NCBI GenBank assembly: GCA_964634935.1
Contig: CAZWJT010000002.1
Location: 10,570 to 74,569, forward strand
Source of the DNA: an uncultured Planctomycetia bacterium
GTDB lineage: Bacteria > Omnitrophota > Gorgyraeia > Duberdicusellales > Duberdicusellaceae
Direction: 5' to 3'
Length of the DNA: 64,000 nucleotides
The notes beneath the pieces are model-generated. The model was not told the origin of the DNA and did not search any database. It saw only the letters and a program-made list of their open reading frames with translations. Made by a program: the position numbers and the translations under genes. Positions 47,116-57,933 of this stretch are shown piece after piece. The number at the start of each line of letters is the position of its first letter. The stretch's first letter is position 1.

Positions 47116-47766
47116 TTACTGTGAGCGTTTTTGTTCAGTTTCAATTTTTTGAATCAGGCGGTCTATCTCGTTTGTTATCGGGGCAGGGAGGACATTGAGT
47201 AGCTGCACATCGTTGCGAAATTTTTTAAGTGCATGGATAAACTGGATTACGATGAGTTTTTGTTTTCTTTTTTCTTCATCCGGGTCATGAGCTTTCCGCT
47301 GGCGGATTAAATCAACCACTTCCTTTTTTACAGTCTCATAGTTATCCGTATTTTCGATAAAATTTTGCTTTACCTTTTGATACATTGGTGCGTCAAGGCT
47401 TTTTTTTGCTTTTTGCAGCATCGTAACCATTTCCAATGTCGGCATTTCTTGGTTTTGGTCCGATGTTTTGGCACCGGAAGAATCCGGCAGTTCTTTTTTC
47501 AGAAACAGATGCGATCGGATAAGCTTAAGGGCGGTCAGCTTTTTAATTTTGAGTTCTTGGTTGATGTAGCCGTCAAAATCATCAAAGCCCCACTGCCGGT
47601 ATATTTTTTCCTGCCAAACCCAAGAAAGGACTTCTCCGAATTTACGCCATGAATGTTTAAAATTGCGCGAACTCTGCAATACCTGTGCGCGCAAGGTATT
47701 TTCCTCGGGCAAGCACTGGCGTTCGTGTGGAGGAATTTTTTTGTTGTTCGCTGTCGATGGTTCCAT
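47116..47766 (-). CDS. Hypothetical protein (the only clear minus-strand gene)
   Basis: 216-aa ORF convergent with pcm. No recognised domain. Confidence 0.45.
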   Translation of the reverse strand: MEPSTANNKKIPPHERQCLPEENTLRAQVLQSSRNFKHSWRKFGEVLSWVWQEKIYRQWGFDDFDGYINQELKIKKLTALKLIRSHLFLKKELPDSSGAKTSDQNQEMPTLEMVTMLQKAKKSLDAPMYQKVKQNFIENTDNYETVKKEVVDLIRQRKAHDPDEEKRKQKLIVIQFIHALKKFRNDVQLLNVLPAPITNEIDRLIQKIETEQKRSQ

Positions 47767-47864
47767 TTCTTGAGTATTGTATAGGAGGTATCCGCGCTGT
47801 CAAGCACGATATCGATGATTTAAATTTTTCTTATTTTTTCCTTTCCCAATGATATAATATCTCC

Positions 47865-48563
47865 ATGATTCATGAAACGATAGTTTTTCGCTGGTCGTAT
47901 AGGTTCTTGTCGGCAATTTTTCTTTTTTCCAGCACTTTCTTTTCCGTCTTTGCAGATACGATATACCTGCGCAACGGCCGGGCTATGGAAGGGGTTATTC
48001 GTCAGGAAAATGAATCAGGAATAAAGCTTGAAGTTGGTTTTGGGACGGTTACAGTAGAGCGTGAGGAAATTCTGCGTGTCGAAAGGACAGAAGGTTCAGA
48101 GTCGGCATTGCAGGAAAAATGGGAAGAAAAGAAAAAGTTTCGGGCAAAAATAGATGAAGAATTAAGCGCGCAACCTAAAACCGTCCGTTACGACCAAGCA
48201 GCCGGTCATATTATTGTAAGCGTTCTATTGAATAAAAAAACCCGTGTTCTCCTGCTTCTTGATACTGGAGCTTCTTTGGTAATATTGACGAACCGCATTG
48301 CCCAGGAACTTGGTATTGATATGAATAAACTCACCGGCGATCTTCAATTGCAATTGGCTGATGGTAGGCGTGTTCTTGCCAAGCGCGTGCTTTTGGAGAG
48401 CGTTAAAGTTGAAGATGCCGAGGTTGAAAACGTTGAAGCCGCAATTATTCCCACTGAAATCGGAGGGGGCACAGAGGGGCTGCTCGGGATGTCGTTTTTA
48501 AAGAATTTTAACTTTCGCATTGATCAAGATAATAAAAAGTTAATTTTAGAGAAAGTGCGGTAA
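47865..48563 (+). CDS. Retropepsin-like (clan AA) aspartic protease, membrane-anchored
   Basis: LLLDTGASLVILT catalytic D-T-G motif. N-terminal TM. Confidence 0.65.
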   Translation: MIHETIVFRWSYRFLSAIFLFSSTFFSVFADTIYLRNGRAMEGVIRQENESGIKLEVGFGTVTVEREEILRVERTEGSESALQEKWEEKKKFRAKIDEELSAQPKTVRYDQAAGHIIVSVLLNKKTRVLLLLDTGASLVILTNRIAQELGIDMNKLTGDLQLQLADGRRVLAKRVLLESVKVEDAEVENVEAAIIPTEIGGGTEGLLGMSFLKNFNFRIDQDNKKLILEKVR

Positions 48564-48582
48564 TTCATACTCTTCCATCGAT

Positions 48583-49794
48583 ATGTCGAGTGAAACAAAA
48601 CGCGCAATGTCTCTCATCGTTCTTTTTGGCTTTGTGAGCCTTTTCGGTGACATCGTTTATGAAGGCGCGAGAAGTGTTAACGGGCCGTATCTTAAAATTC
48701 TGGGAGCAAATGCAGCGCTTGTAGGTATTATTGCTGGCATCGGAGAGCTTTTTGGATATGCGATCAGATTATTTTCCGGGTATTTTGCCGATCGGACTAG
48801 GGCATATTGGGTTTTTATGTTTTTAGGCTACGGAATGCTTATTACGGTTCCGCTTCTCTCGCTCGCAAACACCTGGCAAGTCGCCGCTCTTTTTATCGTT
48901 GCCGAACGCTTAGGTAAGGCATTGCGTGGTCCTGCGCGCGATACCATTCTTTCGCAAGCCACCAAAAAAGTAGGCACTGGATTTGGATTCGCCATCGCAG
49001 AGTTTCTTGACCAGATTGGCGCAATTACTGGTCCGTTGATCTTTGTTTTGTTTTTTATGATCCAGGGTGTTCGCGAGAAGGCAATTTTAGATTATCAGAA
49101 TGCCTATGCATTGCTTTGGGTGCCTTTTCTCATAGTGTTTCTCTGTATATGGTGGGCACGGCGGAAAGTACCGAATCCAGAAATTTTTGAACAAGTTTCA
49201 TCGAGAAAAAGCGATAAACTTACGCGTGTATTTTGGCTGTATGTTTGTTTTACTTTTATTACCACGCTTGGTTTTGTTAATTTTGTTCTTGTCGGGTATC
49301 ATCTGAAAGCAGCAGGATTAGTCAGTGAAACCGTCATCCCGTTATTATATGCAATTGCCATGGGAGTTGATGCTTTTGTCGCACTTGCAGTCGGTAAGTG
49401 GTATGATCTTTGCAAGGAGAAAACCAAGAATGAGAACGCCGGATTGTCAGTGCTTTTAATCATTCCTTTTTGCTCGTTGCTTATTCCGCTATGCGTTTTT
49501 TCGACAAAGATTCCACTCTTAATTGCTGGTGTTATTTTATGGGGAATGACCATGGGAGCGCATGAGACGGTGATGCGTTCGGCAATCGCTGATATCACGC
49601 CTCTTTTGAAGCGCGGAACCGGATATGGTATTTTTAATACCAGTTACGGAATTGCTCTCTTTTTAGGAAGTGCTGGTATGGGTTTTTTTTATGATTTTTC
49701 ACGCGCTGCTTTAATTGGAATATCAATGCTAGTCCAATGCATCGCAATCGGGATGTTTTTTGTCTTACGGAAGCATGCTTTTCAAATTTCATAA
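48583..49794 (+). CDS. MFS transporter
   Basis: 12-TM MFS pattern. Confidence 0.6.
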   Translation: MSSETKRAMSLIVLFGFVSLFGDIVYEGARSVNGPYLKILGANAALVGIIAGIGELFGYAIRLFSGYFADRTRAYWVFMFLGYGMLITVPLLSLANTWQVAALFIVAERLGKALRGPARDTILSQATKKVGTGFGFAIAEFLDQIGAITGPLIFVLFFMIQGVREKAILDYQNAYALLWVPFLIVFLCIWWARRKVPNPEIFEQVSSRKSDKLTRVFWLYVCFTFITTLGFVNFVLVGYHLKAAGLVSETVIPLLYAIAMGVDAFVALAVGKWYDLCKEKTKNENAGLSVLLIIPFCSLLIPLCVFSTKIPLLIAGVILWGMTMGAHETVMRSAIADITPLLKRGTGYGIFNTSYGIALFLGSAGMGFFYDFSRAALIGISMLVQCIAIGMFFVLRKHAFQIS

Positions 49795-49807
49795 CTGAAG
49801 GAGATGT

Positions 49808-50902
49808 ATGTCGCAGAAAAAGAAAAAAGTGGCAATTCTTACTGGCGGGGGTGATTGTCCTGGACTGAATGCGGTGATTCGGGCAATTACAAAAAAATTG
49901 ATTTTGGGATATGACATCGAGGTTCTTGGCATTGAAGATGGCTATGAAGGCTTGGTCCAGAATCGTTGGCATCGGCTTTCCTATAACGATGTTTCAGGGA
50001 TCTTGACACTCGGTGGGACGATATTGGGTACGTCTAATGTCGCGAATCCATATCGGTACGCCATCAAAAAAAATGGAAGAGTTTTTTTTAGGGATTTTTC
50101 TCGGAAAACGTTAAGAAATATCCGCCGGATGGGTATTGATGCATTGGTGTGCATCGGCGGCGATGGCACTCTGAATACAGCATACCGTCTTTTCCAAGAC
50201 GGAGTTTCGGTAATCGGGGTTCCGAAAACGATTGATAATGACATAAAAGAAACGGATATTACTTTTGGTTTTGATACGGCGGTGGCAATAGCTACGGAGG
50301 GCATCGATCGGATTCATACTACCGCTCAATCCCATCATCGGATTATGATTGTAGAACTTATGGGTCGCAAAGCGGGTTGGATTGCTCTTTATGCCGGTGT
50401 CGCCGGCGGGGGTGATATTATTTTGATCCCCGAGATCAAGTATTCTTTGCAATCCGTAGCGAAAAAAGTTGAGGAGCGTAATCGGAAAGGAAAGAAGTTT
50501 AGCATTATTGTGGTTGCCGAGGGCGCTCGTGCGCGGGGAAAAGATTTTACGGTACAAAGAATTGTAAAGGAAAGTCCGGATGCGCTGCGTTTTGGAGGTG
50601 TCGGTTTTTCCTTAGGCGCAAGCCTTGAGCATATGACTGATATTGAAACGAGAACAGTTGTAATGGGGCATTTGCAGCGGGGAGGTACTCCCACGGCGTT
50701 TGATCGTATTTTAGCAACTCAGCTTGGTGCGGAAGCGGCAGAAATGGTTGCCCAGGGAAAGTTTGGGAAGATGGTAGCAGTGCGAAACGGAGAGTTTGTC
50801 CATGTCCCGTTGGAACATGTAGCGGGAGGGTTTAAAGAGGTCCCGCCGGACAATAAGGTATTCTTATCAGCTCGTGAAGTCGGCATTTGTTTCGGCGATT
50901 AA
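49808..50902 (+). CDS. pfkA: 6-phosphofructokinase
   Basis: GGDCPGLNAVIRA, GGDGT, MGR motifs. Confidence 0.85.
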   Translation: MSQKKKKVAILTGGGDCPGLNAVIRAITKKLILGYDIEVLGIEDGYEGLVQNRWHRLSYNDVSGILTLGGTILGTSNVANPYRYAIKKNGRVFFRDFSRKTLRNIRRMGIDALVCIGGDGTLNTAYRLFQDGVSVIGVPKTIDNDIKETDITFGFDTAVAIATEGIDRIHTTAQSHHRIMIVELMGRKAGWIALYAGVAGGGDIILIPEIKYSLQSVAKKVEERNRKGKKFSIIVVAEGARARGKDFTVQRIVKESPDALRFGGVGFSLGASLEHMTDIETRTVVMGHLQRGGTPTAFDRILATQLGAEAAEMVAQGKFGKMVAVRNGEFVHVPLEHVAGGFKEVPPDNKVFLSAREVGICFGD

Positions 50903-50929
50903 CCGGGCGTGAGCAGGTAAAGCATTGGA

Positions 50930-52471
50930 ATGCGAGCGAAGCTTCAGGAAAAATACATTCTGTTTTCTGTCCCGCTTCATCCCCAATTGGAGGTTTTTTC
51001 TCGGAAAATCATAGAACAGGGTTGGAGGATCATCGCGACAGAACCGGCCTATTCCTATCTTCGAAAACGAGGGCTTATGATTCGAAGCATGAATAGCTTT
51101 ACTGGCATGCATTTTCACTATCCATTTCCTGATACGCTCTCTCCGAAAGTAGAGGCGGCTTTAACTTTGGATATCCCTGAACGAATTGATGCACTCTATG
51201 AAATCCCATACCCTCTTTCTGAAGGGAATGACGTGGGAGGTATGACGCTTGTGGCTTTGGCATTAAAAGGAAAAAGAGTCGTGATGACCGAGCCTGCGCA
51301 GATGCGGATATTTCTTTCTGAGCTTGAACAAGGGCGGTGTTTTTCGGTGTCGCTCAGAGAAAGCTTTTCAAGCGATGCATACAGGAAAATTTGTCAGCAT
51401 TATCTTTCGTTAGCGCAACGCGATTGTGCTTTGCATGATACAGTCGGTATCTGCGGCAGCAAGATACGCAATTTATCGCACGGGGAAAACCCATATCAAA
51501 AGAATGCAGCTTTCTATGCGCTCAATGGGGTTTCTGCCGGCGTTGCTTCGTTACGGCAAGTGCTTGGGGTTGATCCTTGTTACACCAATCTCGCTGATGT
51601 TGATTCACTTTTGATCACTCTGGGAAAACTCCAGGAGGCTTTTAGAGTAAATCAAATCGGAAGGCCATATATCGCGGTTTCAGCAAAGCATGGAAATGCT
51701 TGCGGTATAGGAGTGAGTCTGTGTAGCCCTTTTCAGGCATTGCTAAAGGCTTTTTGGGGAAATCCCCGAGCTATCTGGGGAGGGGAGTGTATTGTTAATT
51801 TTCCCATTGATGAACAACTTGCCGAGATGTTTTTAAGAAGTACAAGGCGCAAGCGGCTTCACGGGTCATCGTATTGGATGTTTGATGTTGTGATCGCCCC
51901 GAGGCTACGGAATGGGGCGAAAAAGATTCTGGGCGTAAATTCACAGAGAAAGGTGTTTCTTTATTCCCAGGCGCAGTATGGGAAGAGCTATTTGCAAAAA
52001 AAGCAGTTAAGAATTCTTCAGGGAGGATTTCTTGTCCAAGATCCGCCAAATTATATTCTGCGATTGAATGCCCTTCAGTGGTTTCGGAAACCGAAGAGCA
52101 TGAGGACAAAGATCGATTTGTTAATTGCCTGGGCTGCTGCGTATACATCGTTTCACGGAGGAAATGAAATTGCCGTTGCGCGTAACGGAATGCTTCTTGC
52201 AGCAGGGGGCGGGCCGTCGACTTTCGATGCCGCGCAGACTCTTGTTCAGCGTGCTCGAGAGTGTGGACATCTATTGCAGAAATCTGCTTTTTGCGCCAAT
52301 GCTTTTTTCCCTTTTCCGGATTCTGCCCGGGTGCTTATCCGCAGTGGTTGCGATAGCGGAGTTGTTCCTGAAGGAGGGAAGCGCTTTGCAGAAGTATCGT
52401 CATTCCTTTCGCGGCACACATCGGCCCTTGGTTTTATTCCTTTCTGCTATCGTGGATTCTGCCGTCATTAA
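50930..52471 (+). CDS. purH: Divergent bifunctional AICAR transformylase / IMP cyclohydrolase
   Basis: GENPYQKNAAFY, KHGNACGIG, VVIAPRL and the C-terminal NAFFPFPDS...GVVPEGG match PurH landmarks. N-terminal MGS-like domain. Confidence 0.65.
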   Translation: MRAKLQEKYILFSVPLHPQLEVFSRKIIEQGWRIIATEPAYSYLRKRGLMIRSMNSFTGMHFHYPFPDTLSPKVEAALTLDIPERIDALYEIPYPLSEGNDVGGMTLVALALKGKRVVMTEPAQMRIFLSELEQGRCFSVSLRESFSSDAYRKICQHYLSLAQRDCALHDTVGICGSKIRNLSHGENPYQKNAAFYALNGVSAGVASLRQVLGVDPCYTNLADVDSLLITLGKLQEAFRVNQIGRPYIAVSAKHGNACGIGVSLCSPFQALLKAFWGNPRAIWGGECIVNFPIDEQLAEMFLRSTRRKRLHGSSYWMFDVVIAPRLRNGAKKILGVNSQRKVFLYSQAQYGKSYLQKKQLRILQGGFLVQDPPNYILRLNALQWFRKPKSMRTKIDLLIAWAAAYTSFHGGNEIAVARNGMLLAAGGGPSTFDAAQTLVQRARECGHLLQKSAFCANAFFPFPDSARVLIRSGCDSGVVPEGGKRFAEVSSFLSRHTSALGFIPFCYRGFCRH

Positions 52472-52593
52472 CCGGGAAAATTGCCAAAAAGTTCTTGATT
52501 AATTAAAAAAGCGCGATAAAATTTTTCTTTACATTCATGGATAAAATTTAAAAAAGAACGACAGCGAAAGTTCAGATAAAAAGGACGGTTCAT

Positions 52594-53070
52594 ATGAATG
52601 CTGGGCCAGTAAGCAAAGAAATTGAAAACCTTGTTGCGGAATGGAAAGACAAGGAAGGGAACCTCATTATGATTCTTCATGCTATTCAGAATCACCATGG
52701 GTATGTTCCCCGGGAACTTTCGCTTGAGCTTTCCCGTCTGCTTGATGTACCGCTTGCGCGTATTTATGAAGTAATTACTTTCTATAATTTTTTCAAAATA
52801 GATGCCCCCGGGAAGCATACAATTTCTATCTGTATGGGTACCGCGTGCTATCTGAGAGGCGCCCCTGATATCTTAGAGCAGGTGAAAGGGATTCTTAATA
52901 TTGTAGAAGGGCAGACAACGGAAGATGGTTTGTTTCATCTCGAAGTTGTGCGGTGTCTCGGATGTTGCGGGTTAGCCCCGGTAGTGAAGATTGACGAAAA
53001 GATATACGGAAAGCTGAAAAAAAGTGAGATTGCCGAGATTCTCGCGCATTACGATAAAACAGAGGAATGA
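52594..53070 (+). CDS. hndA: NuoE-like [2Fe-2S] subunit of NAD(P)-dependent [FeFe]-hydrogenase
   Basis: CMGTACYLRG ... CLGCCGLAP thioredoxin-like 2Fe-2S motif. Confidence 0.8.
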   Translation: MNAGPVSKEIENLVAEWKDKEGNLIMILHAIQNHHGYVPRELSLELSRLLDVPLARIYEVITFYNFFKIDAPGKHTISICMGTACYLRGAPDILEQVKGILNIVEGQTTEDGLFHLEVVRCLGCCGLAPVVKIDEKIYGKLKKSEIAEILAHYDKTEE

Positions 53071-53073
53071 TCT

Positions 53074-53433
53074 ATGAAAAAAATTCTGAAGGAAGATCTT
53101 GAGAGGATGGTTCAACCAGGAGAATCTTCTGCGCGCCAATATATCAAAGTCGGAATGAGCAGTTGCGGTATTGCTGCCGGAGCGGAGGAAGTTTTTCGTA
53201 CTTTGGTTGAAGAATCAGCCAAGCGCAACATCACCATTGAGATTAAGAAAAGCGGGTGTCTTGGCATGTGTCATCTTGAGCCGCTTGTTGAAGTTTCAGT
53301 CCAGGATGTTCCTCGGGTCATCTATGGAAAAGTCACCAAAGATTCAGCAGTCGCTATTCTCGAGAAACATGTCGTTGGCAAAAGTTTAGTGCAAGATGCG
53401 ATCGTTGAATTTCAAGCAAAGGAAGGCCTATAG
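53074..53433 (+). CDS. hndB: Small [2Fe-2S] ferredoxin-like hydrogenase subunit
   Basis: SSCGIAAGAEEV ... SGCLGMCHLEP. Confidence 0.65.
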   Translation: MKKILKEDLERMVQPGESSARQYIKVGMSSCGIAAGAEEVFRTLVEESAKRNITIEIKKSGCLGMCHLEPLVEVSVQDVPRVIYGKVTKDSAVAILEKHVVGKSLVQDAIVEFQAKEGL

Positions 53434-55176
53434 ATGTATACGCGGCACATATTGCTGAAAGATACCTCGAATAAAGGGCCGGACGTTACCAAGGAATTTT
53501 ATGCCCAATTTGTGAATCAGCTTCGGGAGGCAAACTTAGTAGATATCATTCAGGTTGTCCGGGTAGCGGATATTGGGTTCTATGGGCAGGGAGTAGTTGT
53601 TAAAATTCTCCCTGAGAACCTCGTTTATGTCAACGTGAAGGATGTTGATATCCGGAACATTATCGCCCATGCCTTTCAATCCGGCGAAGCTCCCGCAGGT
53701 TTACAGCATGATTTTCAGCCGAAGCAGAGCAGAATTGTTTTACGGAATTGCGGGGTTATCGATCCGGAAAATATTGAAGATTATATAGCGCATGGAGGTT
53801 ACCAAGCGCTCAAGAAAGCTATTTTTGACCTGACTTCTGAGCAGGTGCTCGATGAAATGAAAAAAAGCGGGCTGCGGGGCCGGGGTGGAGCAGGATATCC
53901 AACCTGGATGAAATGGAAGTTTACCCGTGACCAGAAAGCAGAGCAGAAATATATTATTTGCAATGGCGACGAAGGCGATCCTGGAGCATATATGGATCGG
54001 AGCGTTTTGGAAGGTGATCCCCATTCAGTTATTGAAGGATTGATGATCGGCGGCATTACCATTGGAGCGCAGAAAGGCTATTTTTATATTCGTGCCGAAT
54101 ATCCCTTGGCTGTTGAACGCATCAAAAAGGCTATTGGTCAAGCATATGAATGCGGGTTAGCCGGAAAGAATATCTTAGGGAGTAAGGTTTGTTTTGATCT
54201 TGATGTGCGGCTTGGAGCAGGAGCGTTTGTTTGTGGAGAAGAAACAGCGTTGATTGCCTCAATTGAAGGAAGAAGAGGAACTCCACGTCCCAGGCCACCA
54301 TATCCTTCGGTGAAAGGACTCTGGAATAAACCAACGGCAATTAATAATGTTGAAACCTTGGCCAATGTTCCGCAGATTATCAGGCATGGAGGTAGCCGGT
54401 TTGCTCAAATTGGTACGGAAAAGTCAAAAGGGACCAAAGTGTTTGCGGTAACTGGAAAAGTAAAAAACTCAGGCTTGGTAGAAGTTCCTATGGGTATTGC
54501 GCTTCGTGAAATAGTTTATGATATCGGTGGGGGCACCGTTTCGGGTAAGGATGTGAAAGCCGTACAAACCGGAGGACCATCTGGGGGGGTGATTCCGAAA
54601 GAATTTTTGGATACGCCCATTGATTATGAAAATCTCCAGAAGCTTGGCTCAATCATGGGTTCGGGCGGTATGATCGTGATGGATACAGATGACTGCATGG
54701 TTGATATTGCGAAATTTTATCTCCAGTTTTGTGTTGATGAATCATGCGGTAAATGCGCCCCGTGTCGTATCGGCGGATATCAGTTGCTGAGTATTTTGAA
54801 TAAAATTTCAGAAGGACGTGCTTCACTCGATGATTTAGGTAATTTAAAAAAGATAGCTCATGCTATGCAAAAAGCGTCACTCTGCGCTCTCGGGCAGACT
54901 GCAGCGAATCCGGTTTTATCGACGATACAGTATTTTGAACAGGAATATAAGGAACACATACTTAATAAGAAGTGTCCCGCTCACCGTTGCAAAGCTTTAG
55001 TGACGTACAGTATCGTCCAGGCAAAATGTAAGCGCTGTAAAGTGTGTGCAATGAATTGTCCGGTGCACGCTATCGGGGGTGATCGGGATAAAGGTTTTTA
55101 TGTTGAATTGGATAAATGCATTAAGTGTGGCAAGTGTCTTGAGGTATGTAAGTTTGGGGCAATTTTAAAGGAGTAG
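53434..55176 (+). CDS. hndC: NuoF-like NAD(P)H-binding flavoprotein subunit (FMN, [4Fe-4S], C-terminal 2x[4Fe-4S])
   Basis: GRGGAGYPT, FMN/NADH motifs, CGKCAPC, and C-terminal CKRCKVCAMNCP / CIKCGKCLEVC. Confidence 0.85.
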   Translation: MYTRHILLKDTSNKGPDVTKEFYAQFVNQLREANLVDIIQVVRVADIGFYGQGVVVKILPENLVYVNVKDVDIRNIIAHAFQSGEAPAGLQHDFQPKQSRIVLRNCGVIDPENIEDYIAHGGYQALKKAIFDLTSEQVLDEMKKSGLRGRGGAGYPTWMKWKFTRDQKAEQKYIICNGDEGDPGAYMDRSVLEGDPHSVIEGLMIGGITIGAQKGYFYIRAEYPLAVERIKKAIGQAYECGLAGKNILGSKVCFDLDVRLGAGAFVCGEETALIASIEGRRGTPRPRPPYPSVKGLWNKPTAINNVETLANVPQIIRHGGSRFAQIGTEKSKGTKVFAVTGKVKNSGLVEVPMGIALREIVYDIGGGTVSGKDVKAVQTGGPSGGVIPKEFLDTPIDYENLQKLGSIMGSGGMIVMDTDDCMVDIAKFYLQFCVDESCGKCAPCRIGGYQLLSILNKISEGRASLDDLGNLKKIAHAMQKASLCALGQTAANPVLSTIQYFEQEYKEHILNKKCPAHRCKALVTYSIVQAKCKRCKVCAMNCPVHAIGGDRDKGFYVELDKCIKCGKCLEVCKFGAILKE

Positions 55177-55177
55177 A

Positions 55178-56923
55178 ATGCTTAAGGCGAGAATTAATGA
55201 TATCGAAGTGAGCGTCAAAGAAGGGACGACGATTCTAGACGCAGCAAAACAAGTACAGATAAAAATACCGACTCTTTGCAAGCATCCAGATCTTTTCTCT
55301 TCCGCCGCATGCGGCATCTGTATCGTTCGCATTAAAGGTTCTGCCAAGATGTTGCGTGCGTGTTGCACGCCTATTGAATCAGGGATGGAAATTATTACGC
55401 ACGATCCCGAAATAGTTGCTGTACGCAGGACGGTTCTCGAGCTCATTTTGTCAAATCACCCAAATGATTGTTTGAAATGTGGAAGAAATAACAACTGTGA
55501 ACTGCAAAAATTAGCCGCTGATTTCGGGATTCGGGAGGATCTTTTCGCCAAGTTTCTGAAAAATATTCCGAAGGATGAGTCGACGGGAACAATTGTCCTT
55601 GAGCCGTCAAAATGTATCCTTTGTGGTAGGTGCATTGAAGTCTGTCAAGATATGCAGAATGTTTGGGCGCTTTCTTTTCTCGAAAGAGGATTTAGTACGC
55701 GCATTTCACCTGCGGGGGATATTAAATTATCGGATTCACCTTGTGTGCGTTGTGGGCAGTGCTCCAACCATTGTCCGACAGGGGCAATTTTCGAGAAAGA
55801 TGATACGGAAAAAATATGGCGAGCGCTTCAGGATACCGAGAAATACTGCGTTGTTCAGATTGCTCCGGCGGTACGCGTTGCCATCGGTGAAGCCTTTGGA
55901 TTTGGCATTGGAAAGAATTTGACCAAAAAACTCTACGCTGCCTTGCGTCGGCTTGGTTTTGAAGCGGTGTTTGATACAAGTTTTGGCGCAGATGTGACGA
56001 TTATGGAAGAAGCCAGTGAGTTTGTCGAGCGGTTTCAACATCAAAAAGGTCCTTTACCGCTTATTACCACCTGTTGTCCTTCCTGGGTTGATTTTATGGA
56101 AAAATTTCATCACGATATGATTCCGCATTTTTCATCCTGTAAATCACCCCACGAAATCGTAGGGGCTATTGCGAAAACATATTACGCAAAACAACGCGGG
56201 ATTGATCCGAAAAAGATTTTTATGGTTTCGATAATGCCCTGCACATCAAAAAAATATGAGATTACACGAAGTGACGAAATGTTTGCTTCTGGTTGTCAGG
56301 ATATCGATGTTTCGATCACGACCCGGGAGCTTGCGCGGATGATTAAACAATCGGGAATTTATTTTGAAGACCTTCCAGAAGAGGATGCCGATAGCCTGCT
56401 GGGTCAGTATACTGGAGCAGGGGTAATTTTCGGGGCGACAGGAGGGGTTATGGAGGCAGCTCTGCGCACCGCTTATTTTTTTATTACCGGCAAAGATATC
56501 GTTGATGTGGAGTTTAAAAATGTGAGAGGCCTGAAAGGGGTTAAAGAGACAGAGATTGAAATCAACGGGAAAATTATTCGGCTGGCAATTGCCCATGGTT
56601 TGAGCAATGTTGAGTATGTTATCGATAAAGTACGCCAAGCTCAGCTGATGCACGCAGAGCTTCCCTATCACTTCATTGAAGTAATGGCGTGCGCCGGCGG
56701 CTGTGTTGGCGGAGGAGGACAGCCCTACGGCGTGACTGACGAACTACGCACAAAACGCGCAAACGGTCTTTATCAGGATGACCGGGAGCAGCAGGTTCGA
56801 TATTCGCATCGCAATCCGGCGATTGAGAAGCTCTATCAGGACTTTTTGGAAAAACCCTTAAGCATACAGTCAGAAAAACTTCTCCATACTACGTATAAAG
56901 CACGCCCGCTTTATCGGAAATAA
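55178..56923 (+). CDS. hndD: [FeFe]-hydrogenase catalytic subunit (H-cluster)
   Basis: L1 TTCCPSWV, L2 MPCTSKKYE, L3 EVMACAGGCVGGGGQP. N-terminal 2Fe-2S and 4Fe-4S ferredoxin modules. Confidence 0.9.
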   Translation: MLKARINDIEVSVKEGTTILDAAKQVQIKIPTLCKHPDLFSSAACGICIVRIKGSAKMLRACCTPIESGMEIITHDPEIVAVRRTVLELILSNHPNDCLKCGRNNNCELQKLAADFGIREDLFAKFLKNIPKDESTGTIVLEPSKCILCGRCIEVCQDMQNVWALSFLERGFSTRISPAGDIKLSDSPCVRCGQCSNHCPTGAIFEKDDTEKIWRALQDTEKYCVVQIAPAVRVAIGEAFGFGIGKNLTKKLYAALRRLGFEAVFDTSFGADVTIMEEASEFVERFQHQKGPLPLITTCCPSWVDFMEKFHHDMIPHFSSCKSPHEIVGAIAKTYYAKQRGIDPKKIFMVSIMPCTSKKYEITRSDEMFASGCQDIDVSITTRELARMIKQSGIYFEDLPEEDADSLLGQYTGAGVIFGATGGVMEAALRTAYFFITGKDIVDVEFKNVRGLKGVKETEIEINGKIIRLAIAHGLSNVEYVIDKVRQAQLMHAELPYHFIEVMACAGGCVGGGGQPYGVTDELRTKRANGLYQDDREQQVRYSHRNPAIEKLYQDFLEKPLSIQSEKLLHTTYKARPLYRK

Positions 56924-57005
56924 TGCCGTGTTTTCTCGGGGGAAAATATTTTACTTGACAAATGATACGAATATAGTATCATTATTATCAGCAAGGAGGT
57001 CACGT

Positions 57006-57497
57006 ATGAACGATAAAAAAGAAACAACCATTATACGAGATATAGCGACTGTTCTTGAAGCAGAAAATTTTTTCTCTACCTGCTTTGGGCATCTGGAGGT
57101 TTTAATTAAGAATGGAACAATACAAAGCACGATTCGTTTCTATCGTGAACAGTCACTGAAGAACGCTCAGTTTTTACGCAAGTATCTGAATACGTTTGCG
57201 GGAGAGCGTACGCCAGAAAAGAGCACTTGTTCGCAATGCAAGGTATTGCCGGAGAGTTTTTCTCTCGAAGGAGCTCTGAATTTGGGTCTTGAAATTATCG
57301 ATGTAGCCATTACTCATTATCGCTCAATCATCAAAAAAATTCCTGCGTCACCCGAAAAAGAAACACTTGAGAGGTATCTTTCCGAGAAACTTGAGCAGAA
57401 AAAGTTTTTTAAGCGAGAAAAGCAGTTTGATCATATACACAGCGCAGGAGTGGTTGATTCATTTTGTGTGCCATATTTGCTTTCCCGGTTATATTAA
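57006..57497 (+). CDS. Hypothetical protein downstream of the hydrogenase
   Basis: ATG 57006 with RBS AGGAGG. The ORF track starts earlier at GTG 56928. Confidence 0.4.
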   Translation: MNDKKETTIIRDIATVLEAENFFSTCFGHLEVLIKNGTIQSTIRFYREQSLKNAQFLRKYLNTFAGERTPEKSTCSQCKVLPESFSLEGALNLGLEIIDVAITHYRSIIKKIPASPEKETLERYLSEKLEQKKFFKREKQFDHIHSAGVVDSFCVPYLLSRLY

Positions 57498-57524
57498 TCT
57501 TGCAAATTATCAGGTAAAGACGGT

Positions 57525-57923
57525 ATGAAATTGATTACGCGTGATACTGACTACGCAATACGTTCGTTGATTTATTTTGCAAAAGGGAAAAATTCGATAA
57601 TTTCGGTCAACCAGCTCGTTGAGGATTTAAAAATTCCGCGGGCTTTTCTCCGGAAAATCCTCCAGGTGCTCAGCGCGAATCATCTGTTGGCGTCTACAAA
57701 AGGGAAACGAGGGGGGTTTTATCTTGCGAGAGAGCCAAAGAAAATTAGGATTTTTGATGTCGCAATTCTTTTTCAAAAAAAACTCCCTTTTACCGAATGT
57801 TTTTTTAAGAAAAATATTTGCCCAGAACAGAGAACTTGTCCACTCAGGAAGAGGCTTTTGGGTATTGAGAGATATATTGTTATGAATTTGAAGGATATGT
57901 CCATTGCTTCGCTTTTATCCTAG
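57525..57923 (+). CDS. Rrf2-family transcriptional regulator (NsrR/IscR-like, 3 Cys)
   Basis: MKLITRDTDYAIRSLIYFA ... wHTH. C-terminal Cys cluster CFFKKNICPEQRTC. Confidence 0.75.
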   Translation: MKLITRDTDYAIRSLIYFAKGKNSIISVNQLVEDLKIPRAFLRKILQVLSANHLLASTKGKRGGFYLAREPKKIRIFDVAILFQKKLPFTECFFKKNICPEQRTCPLRKRLLGIERYIVMNLKDMSIASLLS

Positions 57924-57933
57924 ATAGAATTCC